Virus record (IMG/VR): IMGVR_UViG_3300027754_005987
Span: 45,205-109,204 of that record
Source: a virus
Direction: 5' to 3' (one strand)
Length of the DNA: 64,000 bases
Shown here: positions 38,532-47,397 of the stretch, piece after piece
How positions within the stretch are numbered: the stretch's first letter is position 1
Layout of the letters: each line of letters opens with the position of its first letter
The notes under the pieces: model-generated
The model's database searches: none
What the model saw: the letters and a program-made list of their open reading frames with translations, nothing else
What the model was told of the DNA's origin: nothing
Translations under genes and position numbers: made by a program

Positions 38532-39215
38532 TTATATAACAGTTTTCATTTTGGATATGTTCATTGATTGGTTTTTTGGAACATGTTCAGGTGTAAATGT
38601 TTTATTAACTGATTTAGTTCTAGAAGCCATCTCATACATCGTTTTAGTTTCAGTACCAACATTATATAAACCATTTGCATTAGCATTAATTAATTTAATT
38701 ATTAAATCTGAAATGATATTTACATAATCAAAATTACCTATCTGGTCAATCCATGCGCCATCGTATGGGAATGGTGTTGGTTTATGTGTGCATCTAACGA
38801 TTAGATAATCATTAGCTTGTAACTGAACCAACCCATCCCCTAACAATTTTGTATAACCATACCAATTATTACAATGCACTGGCACATCTTCTTCTGAAGC
38901 ATTATTTACTGAACTAGTGTATAAATAATCAGTAGATATATGTACTAACTTAATCGATTTTTCATTACAATAATCGATTAATTTAGACACAAAAGCATAA
39001 TTTATATCCCAATGACTTTGTTTATCTTTAGAATAGGTATCAGTATTTGCAATACAATTAACAATAATATCAGGGGTGTGTTTAAATAAAAAGGTTTCTA
39101 TTTTATTTGTGTCTAACCCATCTTTTTTTCTGGACATATAATTCCAACCAGTCTGTTTTATTATTTCACCACCTAACAATCCATCACCTAATACCAGAAC
39201 ATTTAATTTGTCCAT
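38532..39215 (-). CDS. RmlD-like NDP-4-keto-sugar reductase
   Basis: GDGLLG, IVNCIANTD, LVHISTDY and YGYTK motifs. Confidence 0.8.
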   Translation of the reverse strand: MDKLNVLVLGDGLLGGEIIKQTGWNYMSRKKDGLDTNKIETFLFKHTPDIIVNCIANTDTYSKDKQSHWDINYAFVSKLIDYCNEKSIKLVHISTDYLYTSSVNNASEEDVPVHCNNWYGYTKLLGDGLVQLQANDYLIVRCTHKPTPFPYDGAWIDQIGNFDYVNIISDLIIKLINANANGLYNVGTETKTMYEMASRTKSVNKTFTPEHVPKNQSMNISKMKTVI

Positions 39216-40504
39216 TTTTCAGCAAAAATATTTTCAACGTAATTAAACACTTGTTCGTCATAATGTGGTGCAGCACCTAAGAAAAATACCTTATCTAACA
39301 CGGTGTTTGCTTTTGGATATTTATTAAAATCATCTAACTGTTTATATCCTGGATGTAGTAAAATAGAACCAGCGAAGTAGTTCCTAGTTTGTATATTATT
39401 TTCTTCTAAAAAAGAAACTAACTTATTTTTCAAAATTTTATCCTCACAAATAAACGGAGTACCAAACCAACAAGTATCAGATTTTCCATGGGTATGAACA
39501 CCACTTAACCCTTTAACGTGTTTTAATAAGATAGATTCAATAGTTGATTTGCTATGTTTTCTTTTTCTGTCAATTTCTTCAAATTTTTTCAACTGAACTA
39601 ATCCAATTGAACCCTGCAAATCCATAGGTTTAAGGTTATAACCCATATTCGTGAAAACATATTTATGGTCAATAATACCATCATATGAATCTAACCATTT
39701 ATCAAAACGATTTCCACAAGTACCACAAGATAACAAGTTAGCCGAACCAACACAAAAACAATCTCTACCCCACCAAGAAAAACTAGTAAATAATTTTTTA
39801 AGGTCAGCAATATTTGTACAACAAATACCACCCTCACCAGTTGATATGTGATGAGCAGGATAAAATGATGAAGACCAAGCAACGTAATAATCACTTAAAG
39901 GTTTCCCATCCCATTTAGAACCAAGACTGTCACAACTATCACCAACTAGTTTAATATCGTGTTTTTCACATAACGCTGTTAAAAAATCCATATCAGGCGC
40001 ATTACCTAATACAGGAGAAACAAATATAGCTTTTGTTTTAGATGTGATTTTTTCTTCTATTTTATGAATATCAAAATTAAGTGTGTCATATTCAATATCA
40101 ACAAATACTGGTACTAGATTATTCTGTACTAGGGTTGATATTGTAGTAGGGAAACCAACTGGTGATACAATAACTTCATCACCATCTTCCCAACCAAAAT
40201 ATTTTTTTAACGCAGCAATCAAAACTAAATTAGCAGAGCTACCAGAATTAACCATTTGTGCGTATTTAACGCCAAACATTTTAGCAAAAGCATTTTCAAA
40301 TTTATAAACATTTTCACCAGCAACAACCCATTTACCAGTAATAAATGTTGTTATTGCAGCCATAATTTCTTCTTCATCCCAATAAGGACCAGAATATAAT
40401 ACTTGTGATTTTCCTGGCACAAATGCTTGGTTATACAAATATTTAGGTTTATTTTCTTTAAGGTATTCAGTAAGATTACTTAATATTCCATCAATTTCTT
40501 TCAT
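39203..40504 (-). CDS. rfbH: CDP-4-keto-6-deoxyglucose 3-dehydratase (RfbH/E1, DegT family)
   Basis: VNSGSSANL; SFYPAHHISTGEGG (His at the Lys position); Fe-S motif WGRDCFC...CGTCG; GYNLK. Confidence 0.85.
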   Translation of the reverse strand: MKEIDGILSNLTEYLKENKPKYLYNQAFVPGKSQVLYSGPYWDEEEIMAAITTFITGKWVVAGENVYKFENAFAKMFGVKYAQMVNSGSSANLVLIAALKKYFGWEDGDEVIVSPVGFPTTISTLVQNNLVPVFVDIEYDTLNFDIHKIEEKITSKTKAIFVSPVLGNAPDMDFLTALCEKHDIKLVGDSCDSLGSKWDGKPLSDYYVAWSSSFYPAHHISTGEGGICCTNIADLKKLFTSFSWWGRDCFCVGSANLLSCGTCGNRFDKWLDSYDGIIDHKYVFTNMGYNLKPMDLQGSIGLVQLKKFEEIDRKRKHSKSTIESILLKHVKGLSGVHTHGKSDTCWFGTPFICEDKILKNKLVSFLEENNIQTRNYFAGSILLHPGYKQLDDFNKYPKANTVLDKVFFLGAAPHYDEQVFNYVENIFAEKWTN

Positions 40505-40521
40505 GTGTAAATAATTTTAAA

Positions 40522-40552
40522 CAAATATACTATTTTTTAATTTAAAAAACAA
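40522..40552 (-). promoter_or_regulatory. Bacteroidota-type promoter TTG-N20-TATATTTG
   Basis: caaatata at 40522-40529 and caa at 40550-40552, upstream of rfbH. Confidence 0.6.
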
Positions 40553-40559
40553 TAGTTAA

Positions 40560-41324
40560 TTATATTTTTAACCAATTTTCAGGTATAACGTCTTGAGTGT
40601 CTTTATACCCAGCAGGTCCAAACCATTCTTCAGGTCCAATAACTTTTTTATTATCAGAAAAATTTAAATAAGCACCCCACCAACTAAAACTACTATTAGC
40701 TATTATATTATTATCACTTTTAACCATTAATATTAAATCATCAATTTCAGATTTAAAAGGTGAATACACAATATTATCCCCCTTAAAATTATCTTTAACC
40801 CAATTTATATCATCTGATATAAAGATAAAAATAGAATCACCAATAATATCCATAGCTTTTTTATAATATTCAATAGAACAAGGTTTATGGAAATTAGCGT
40901 TATTAATATAATCACCTCGCCTTACGTGAACTGAAGTAATTGGTAATGAATATTGTTTTAAATATTCATCAATAAATTCATTATTTAATTCATCAATAAA
41001 TAAATTTATCACTTCATTTTTATAGTCAATAAAATATTTTTCACTTTGAAACGACCCATTCAATAACATATCATTAACATAAGGTAGTTCATTATAAGAA
41101 AAACTAGGTTCATTATAAACACCAACATAATTATATTGGCTAACAATATTAATTTTTTTAAATATATTATCCCTATATTTGTTTGAAGTGTGTCCTTGTT
41201 GTGGTGTAAAGCACTGATTAAAATCAAACCCACTGATATCATTATTTCTTAACGCCAACGCATGTGCTGCCGCTATTTGAAACATTTGATTACCTAGACC
41301 ACCTTGTAATCTACAACTAACCAT
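40560..41324 (-). CDS. Glycosyltransferase family 11 (alpha-1,2-fucosyltransferase-like)
   Basis: GGLGNQMFQ, FQSEKYF, HVRRGDY and ANSSFSWWGAYL motifs. Confidence 0.92.
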   Translation of the reverse strand: MVSCRLQGGLGNQMFQIAAAHALALRNNDISGFDFNQCFTPQQGHTSNKYRDNIFKKINIVSQYNYVGVYNEPSFSYNELPYVNDMLLNGSFQSEKYFIDYKNEVINLFIDELNNEFIDEYLKQYSLPITSVHVRRGDYINNANFHKPCSIEYYKKAMDIIGDSIFIFISDDINWVKDNFKGDNIVYSPFKSEIDDLILMVKSDNNIIANSSFSWWGAYLNFSDNKKVIGPEEWFGPAGYKDTQDVIPENWLKI

Positions 41325-42046
41325 TATCTAATTAATTTTTTATAAGGTGTTTTATTTCGTATTCTTACTGCATGGTTAGTAACCATAGACATATCTACTT
41401 TATGCTCATTTATTGGATTTTCAGCATTATAAACATAATTAACTTCAGTCATAAACCTATAATGTTCATCACCAGACATTTCTAACATAGGATACATAAA
41501 ACATAAATCACCACTCCATTGCCAGTAATCGCCATTCTCATCTTTTAAATCTTCTTCTTTTATATTTCGCCATAGGAAAGCCCTCCACGTTCTAATATGT
41601 GAAGCAGTAAAATTAACAGCTCTTAAATTATCAAAATTTGTTTGTTTTGACGAAAAACCTATTGCACCACCATGGTATCTGAAACTACCATTGGCAATCC
41701 AAACATTATCATCACTATATAAATCATTTATTCTTTTGAATACGTTTGAATCAGGTAAATAATCGTCACCATCAACTTCTATTAAAATTTCATTGTCTAG
41801 TATGTTTGAGTTATATCTTATAACTTTATCAAAATTACCAGCTTGGTATAGTTTTTTTTCGTTGTCATCTATCAAAATAAATCTATCGTCACCTTTAATC
41901 ATTTCTTTAACTAAAGAAACAGAATTATCTGTTGATAAATCATGTGTTATATAACAAGTAAAATCTTTAAATGTTTGACCCATTATTGAACCTAGGCATC
42001 TTTCAATATAATTTTCAGCATTATAAAATCCAGTTAAAATTACCAT
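41324..42046 (-). CDS. Glycosyltransferase family 2
   Basis: YNAENYIERCL.SI..Q, DLSTDNS and VDGDD motifs. Confidence 0.88.
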   Translation of the reverse strand: MVILTGFYNAENYIERCLGSIMGQTFKDFTCYITHDLSTDNSVSLVKEMIKGDDRFILIDDNEKKLYQAGNFDKVIRYNSNILDNEILIEVDGDDYLPDSNVFKRINDLYSDDNVWIANGSFRYHGGAIGFSSKQTNFDNLRAVNFTASHIRTWRAFLWRNIKEEDLKDENGDYWQWSGDLCFMYPMLEMSGDEHYRFMTEVNYVYNAENPINEHKVDMSMVTNHAVRIRNKTPYKKLIR

Positions 42047-42047
42047 A

Positions 42048-42731
42048 TTAATTATTTATATATTTTTTTATTATTTTATTTGTATACCCATTAGTTTTAA
42101 TATCTAAATTAGATATACTTTCATCAACTATTTCACTATTTTTAACGAGCCAATTATTATCGTTTTCATTAACAACAATCTTTATCGTTGATTCTTTATT
42201 TAAATGATTCGATATAATAGTAACCAAATCAAAAACACTTATTTTTTCAACATCAGATATGTTAATAACACTAGAATTAACTTTATCTTTGCAATAATTT
42301 ACTATATTGATTAAATCATCTATATCTAATAATGCTCGTTTAACGTTTTCAAATATAGTTATTTCATCATCTTTTAATATTGCGTTTTTTAAAAAATTAA
42401 CCAAATTGTTTTTATTACCATTTCTACCAATAATTTGTGGTACTCTAAAAATAATATAATTATTTGATTTATCTTTAATTATATTCTCAATTTCAAGTTT
42501 ATGGTTGTAATAATCATTATTTGATATGTCAGCTAATATACTGCTAAAATATATGAATTTTAATTCTTTGTTTTCAACTAATGTTTTTAAAACTAATTCT
42601 TTTTCTCTATTAAACTCATTTTGATTAGTTTGTTTTGAGTCTGAAACACCAGAAGCAAAGATAATAAAATCATCATAATTAATATCAGAATCTATAAATA
42701 CAGACGCTAATAAACCATTACCTATAATCAT
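42048..42731 (-). CDS. NAD-dependent epimerase/dehydratase-like protein
   Basis: IIGNGLLA, FASGVSDS, YFSS and YYNHK (YxxxK) motifs. Confidence 0.75.
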   Translation of the reverse strand: MIIGNGLLASVFIDSDINYDDFIIFASGVSDSKQTNQNEFNREKELVLKTLVENKELKFIYFSSILADISNNDYYNHKLEIENIIKDKSNNYIIFRVPQIIGRNGNKNNLVNFLKNAILKDDEITIFENVKRALLDIDDLINIVNYCKDKVNSSVINISDVEKISVFDLVTIISNHLNKESTIKIVVNENDNNWLVKNSEIVDESISNLDIKTNGYTNKIIKKYINN

Positions 42732-43478
42732 TTATTTTAATACTTTTAATCTTTTACTAACATATAATTTATAATCAGTAATTATTTCATCAACACTAAA
42801 TAAATAATATAACCCAAAACCATTTTGTTTATTAAAACCACTTAATCTTTCAGCTCTAATTTTGTTTTTATAAATGTAATCATCTAACCCTAAAAATTTA
42901 TAATGTAACATTTTTAGAGAAGTATCAGTTGACAATCTAACATCACCAGTTGGGTTTGCATTATGACATCCAAAACCATAATTTATTTCATCAATTTTAT
43001 TACAATCAAACATCATCATTTTATCCAAAACTGGTGTTCTAACGCCTTCTTTAACTTTTTCAAGTATATTATCATCAGCTAATAAATTTAAATCCTCATC
43101 ACCAATCATATGATGACCTTCTGGCTTAAATATTGTTACACCATTATTAAACGATTCCTTTAAAAAAGTAATCATATCCTCATGATATAAAAACTCATCA
43201 GTATCGCCAAGTATAACATAATCAGCCTCACCAATACTAGTTTTCCATATGCTGTTTTTTATATTGATATGCACACCATCATGAAATTCACTATTAGAAC
43301 CAAATGTAATAACTTCAGTATTATCAAATGAATTAACTATTTCAACACTATTATCGGTTGATTTATTATCCAATATTGTTATCTTTTCACAAAAGGTTGA
43401 ATAGTACTTTATTAAATGAGGCAATATGTTTTCCTCATTATAGCATAAAAAATATGCATGTATTATAGGTTTTTTCAT
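42732..43478 (-). CDS. Glycosyltransferase family 2-like
   Basis: CYNEENIL, DNKSTDNS, GDTDEFL, GCH and LHYK motifs. Confidence 0.8.
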   Translation of the reverse strand: MKKPIIHAYFLCYNEENILPHLIKYYSTFCEKITILDNKSTDNSVEIVNSFDNTEVITFGSNSEFHDGVHINIKNSIWKTSIGEADYVILGDTDEFLYHEDMITFLKESFNNGVTIFKPEGHHMIGDEDLNLLADDNILEKVKEGVRTPVLDKMMMFDCNKIDEINYGFGCHNANPTGDVRLSTDTSLKMLHYKFLGLDDYIYKNKIRAERLSGFNKQNGFGLYYLFSVDEIITDYKLYVSKRLKVLK

Positions 43479-44266
43479 TATAAATTTAATAGTTTAATCC
43501 ACTCTTTAATTATTTCATCATTAGATAATTCTTTTACATCATGGTCAGTAGCTGAATTTCCGTAAAATTTTGTACCAGTAGTTTCACACTCATCTTTAAC
43601 CAAAGAAGCAACTTCACTTTTAGATGATAAGAACACAGCACCTACCATATCATAAACTTTTTGTTTATCACTTTCAAAACCATACTCAATAACATTATCA
43701 CTTATTAAAGGTTTAACAAATTTATTATAGTAATTTGGGTCACTAACATTACCAAATAATATAACTTTTTCATACCCTTCACTAAAAGCTCTTTGTATTG
43801 ATACGTGAGTCTGTTTATTTTCATCAAAAGAACCGATTACACCAGCTATTTTTTCATTCTCAGGTGTTTTATCCTTTTTAATTAAAACCTCTCTTAAATT
43901 AGGTATAATGGAGTATTTTCCATTATAACTAGAATGATAATCTCTTTGTTTTTCATTTAAGAAAACAACTTCATCCCAAAATTGTTTTATTTTACCAACT
44001 TCAAAAACATCTTTTTCATGGCATGATAAAATAACCTGTTTAGCGTTAGGTTTATTTGGTAATTGAATAAAATGACAAATTAAAGTATCATCATTATTTA
44101 TAGTTAATGTTTCATCTAACATTCCAGATTTACATTTATCTAAATGCCAAGTATGTGGCCCATAAAATGTTGTTTCAATACCAGCTTTATTTAAGGCATT
44201 GGTCAAATTTATAAAAGCAAATGTTGACCCCCCTTTATTACTCCAACCAGAAATTATCTTAATCAT
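43478..44266 (-). CDS. Glycosyltransferase (GT-B/GT4-like)
   Basis: KGGST.AFINL.N.L...G, IIPN, NKQTH and SKSEVASLV..E motifs. Confidence 0.7.
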   Translation of the reverse strand: MIKIISGWSNKGGSTFAFINLTNALNKAGIETTFYGPHTWHLDKCKSGMLDETLTINNDDTLICHFIQLPNKPNAKQVILSCHEKDVFEVGKIKQFWDEVVFLNEKQRDYHSSYNGKYSIIPNLREVLIKKDKTPENEKIAGVIGSFDENKQTHVSIQRAFSEGYEKVILFGNVSDPNYYNKFVKPLISDNVIEYGFESDKQKVYDMVGAVFLSSKSEVASLVKDECETTGTKFYGNSATDHDVKELSNDEIIKEWIKLLNL

Positions 44267-45450
44267 TATAGTGTTTCAATATATTGGTTAACAATGTTAT
44301 TAATATCTAATTTTTTTATCGCATCAATATCACCACTTAATTCAATAACTGACGATAATGGGTTTTCTTGAACACTAGTAAACAATCCATTTGTGAATTT
44401 GGTATTAACAATAGAAATACCATTGTATAGTTTATTCATATGTTCAATAATACCATCATCATATACATGGATGATATCAAAGTTATAATCTTTCACTTTA
44501 TAAAGCATGTTTGGTTGTGATGGAACATCACCATCTTTAGTTTTAAGAACCCATTTACCATCACCTAATGCAAATCCTGGAGGTTGCTGTATTGGCGCTA
44601 AATTAATACCGTTATTTTTAGCAATTGAACCTATCTTTCCATTTATGTTAGAACAAATAGTAACATCATGGTTTTCTTTTTTTAATTTTGATGCAATTTC
44701 TAACATTATATTACTTTTAGGTAAGGTATCATCAAAAGATAAACTAGTCATTAGTATTTTTAATTTTTCACCCTTTCTTAAGGTTTTTTTAATTTTTACT
44801 GGTAGGTTTTCTTTAAATGTTTCAGCGAAAATAATTCTATTTTTATCCCATGATTCATTTGTCATACCTATTGATTTATGGTTAACCCTAACAATTGTCG
44901 ACACACCTATTTTAACACCTTTTAAATAATTCTCAAAACAAAAAGTAACATCATAAAAATGAAAACCTTCTACTGATTCGTTAAAATTAGTTTTAAGTCT
45001 AGTTTTATCAACAGCAAAGAAAACACCATCAACAATCACAACTTCTTCTAATCCAAGACCTAAATCATCAGAATAAGCTGATAACCATGACTTACCTTCA
45101 TGTGTATGTTTTACTCTACCATACATTTTTCTTTTATCTTCCCACCATTGTCCGCTGCTAGCCATATATTTTGTACCAGCAACACCAATAACACCATATT
45201 CTGGATTTTTTTCAAACTGTTTTATCAATTTATTACCCCATTGTTTTGTTTCAATATTTAAATCATCATGACAAAACACAACGATGTTGTTTTTAGCCTG
45301 TTTTAACCCCTTATTATATGATTTTGTTAAGCTTTCACCATTATTGATAATCTCAATAACTTCAATATGTTTGTGAAGACCAGAAGACTTTATTAAGTGC
45401 TCTTTATGTTCTGGATTTGTTTTTCTAGTACAATATACAACTGTTATCAT
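44266..45450 (-). CDS. Glycosyltransferase (GT2-like) with an extra C-terminal GT-B-like N-domain
   Basis: SLTKSYNKG, VFCHDD, GVAG, DGVF and FHFYD motifs, followed by KILMTSL...HDVTI. Confidence 0.8.
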   Translation of the reverse strand: MITVVYCTRKTNPEHKEHLIKSSGLHKHIEVIEIINNGESLTKSYNKGLKQAKNNIVVFCHDDLNIETKQWGNKLIKQFEKNPEYGVIGVAGTKYMASSGQWWEDKRKMYGRVKHTHEGKSWLSAYSDDLGLGLEEVVIVDGVFFAVDKTRLKTNFNESVEGFHFYDVTFCFENYLKGVKIGVSTIVRVNHKSIGMTNESWDKNRIIFAETFKENLPVKIKKTLRKGEKLKILMTSLSFDDTLPKSNIMLEIASKLKKENHDVTICSNINGKIGSIAKNNGINLAPIQQPPGFALGDGKWVLKTKDGDVPSQPNMLYKVKDYNFDIIHVYDDGIIEHMNKLYNGISIVNTKFTNGLFTSVQENPLSSVIELSGDIDAIKKLDINNIVNQYIETL

Positions 45451-45504
45451 GTTTTTTTATTTTAAAGATACTTAAAAGTTTTTACATAGTAAAGCAATTA
45501 AAAC

Positions 45505-45534
45505 AAAAAAAACCTATAATTACTTATAGGTTTT
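45505..45534 (-). terminator. Intrinsic terminator after dut
   Basis: AAAACCTATAA-ttac-TTATAGGTTTT inverted repeat with a T tract on the minus strand. Confidence 0.7.
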
Positions 45535-45556
45535 AATTTATTTTAAAAAATAATAC

Positions 45557-46132
45557 TTATTGTATTCCAGTGCTACCAAAACCACCAGAACCACGTTCTG
45601 TATCGGTGTTTATGTTATTAACTCTATTTAAATTTATTAGATTTTTGCCAGTCACTGAAGAAATAACCGCTTGTGCTATTCTATCACCATTGTTTATGGT
45701 AAAATCTTCTTTACCATGGTTAATCAATAAAACACCAATTTCCCCAGTATAGTCACTGTCTATGGTTCCAATTCCATTAAGCACACAAACACCGTGTTTA
45801 TACGCTAAACCGCTTCTACTTCTAACTTGTATCTCAAAATTATCTGGAATATTAAAATACAGTCCAGTTTTTATTAACATATATTCACCAGATTTTATCA
45901 CCAAAGTTTCAGTTAAATTAGCTCTCAAATCAAAACCAGAAGAACCAGCTGTGGCATATTCTGGGTCTGGATTATTAGATTCATTAACAAAGTCAAAGTT
46001 AAATTTATATTGATTATCATCCAATGAATAATCTTTATTAAATTCTTCAATAAAATCTTCTTGTGAATAACCGCTATCTGGGTCAAGTATTAATAGAGCT
46101 TTAGCTCTCATTTCATCTAAATTTATTTTCAT
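45557..46132 (-). CDS. dut: Trimeric dUTPase
   Basis: All five motifs present: GFDL, RSG, GTIDSDYTG, RIAQ, RGSGGFGSTG. Confidence 0.95.
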   Translation of the reverse strand: MKINLDEMRAKALLILDPDSGYSQEDFIEEFNKDYSLDDNQYKFNFDFVNESNNPDPEYATAGSSGFDLRANLTETLVIKSGEYMLIKTGLYFNIPDNFEIQVRSRSGLAYKHGVCVLNGIGTIDSDYTGEIGVLLINHGKEDFTINNGDRIAQAVISSVTGKNLINLNRVNNINTDTERGSGGFGSTGIQ

Positions 46133-46698
46133 TATTTATTTTTTCCTTCTTGACTTTTTATTGCTAAAACACTACCCATTTTTAATAATTGACCAATCAT
46201 TGAATTATGGAATTCAGACATCTTATCATCCGTCTTATCAAAATTCAAAATAGCAACATATTCTTCTTCAGTTAAACTAATCCCATGAGTTGTAAGATAA
46301 TAAACACTTCTTTCACTAACACGCATAGATATTAAATCATTATTGAATTCATACATCTTACCTTGATTTTTACGATGCCATTCTGATTCACATGGTTTGT
46401 ATAGTTTAGCTTTACCTATTTGATGTAACAAACATACTTTAACCAATGAATTTTGGTCAACTTTTTCATCTTCAGGTAATGATTTATTAATCAATACTGC
46501 ATATTTAGCAACATTAAGCAAATGCTCAATAAGCCCACCTTCAAAAGCATTATGAAAATCAGCCATATTAGTAGCTGGTGCTTTGATGAAATCTTCACCT
46601 AAAAAGGTTGTTAGTTCATCATTCATGAAACCTAGTTTTGTTGCAGTATCAAAATACTTTTTAGTATTCGATACAATTCTTTCTTTGTCTAAACTCAT
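46132..46698 (-). CDS. HD-domain protein with HD changed to HQ
   Basis: APA...HNAFEGGLIEH...LLHQIGK. Confidence 0.65.
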   Translation of the reverse strand: MSLDKERIVSNTKKYFDTATKLGFMNDELTTFLGEDFIKAPATNMADFHNAFEGGLIEHLLNVAKYAVLINKSLPEDEKVDQNSLVKVCLLHQIGKAKLYKPCESEWHRKNQGKMYEFNNDLISMRVSERSVYYLTTHGISLTEEEYVAILNFDKTDDKMSEFHNSMIGQLLKMGSVLAIKSQEGKNK

Positions 46699-46726
46699 TG
46701 TAATTTATTTATAAGCGTTATTTTTA

Positions 46727-46757
46727 CAAATATACTACTTATTTTTCGAAGATTCAA
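46727..46757 (-). promoter_or_regulatory. Bacteroidota-type promoter TTG-N20-TATATTTG
   Basis: caaatata at 46727-46734 and caa at 46755-46757. Confidence 0.6.
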
Positions 46758-47397
46758 TGTTTTTCATAAAAGAATTAAATTTTTCTGCACCAACCATAGC
46801 ATCTAAGTTTAGAATACCTTTGATAGATACCTCTTTCACATAGGTTTCCAAGTCATCTTGTGTTGTCTCATAAAAAACAGAACTAGTCATTGGTCTTTCT
46901 TGTTTGTTTTTAGGTATGATGATACCTTGTTTAGCATCAAGCATTTTCTTTTGGTAGTTAAGTGCTTCAGTTGCGTTATCACGGTCTTTGTTTATAACAT
47001 ATGTTAACGTTGGGTTGTTTGGATTAAGATTTTCATTATGAATTTCAATAATCTCTGGCTCATATAACATTGGTGTTTTGTTATTGAAAAGCATTTCACG
47101 TCTGTTAGCCAACAAGTCTTTTGTTAAGTTTTCATGGTTTGTTTGTTCCAATGATGTTGTATACATAAGCTTTGTAACTTTTGCGTGATTGGCGAATCCT
47201 TGACTAAAAGCATCTTTTTCCCTTTTGATTTCATCCAATCTAGCTTTTTCTTCTTTACGAACTAAATTAGGTTTAGTAACCTTTCTATACCAAAGACTTG
47301 CTATAGGGTTTTTTACATACTTAAACCATACTGTACTAGCAAGTGATTTAATCTTGCTAGCAACTGATAGTTTATTTTTCTTTACTGTTTTTTTCAT
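46735..47397 (-). CDS. Hypothetical basic protein
   Basis: 220-aa ORF overlapping the upstream gene by 4 nt. Confidence 0.55.
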   Translation of the reverse strand: MKKTVKKNKLSVASKIKSLASTVWFKYVKNPIASLWYRKVTKPNLVRKEEKARLDEIKREKDAFSQGFANHAKVTKLMYTTSLEQTNHENLTKDLLANRREMLFNNKTPMLYEPEIIEIHNENLNPNNPTLTYVINKDRDNATEALNYQKKMLDAKQGIIIPKNKQERPMTSSVFYETTQDDLETYVKEVSIKGILNLDAMVGAEKFNSFMKNIESSKNK

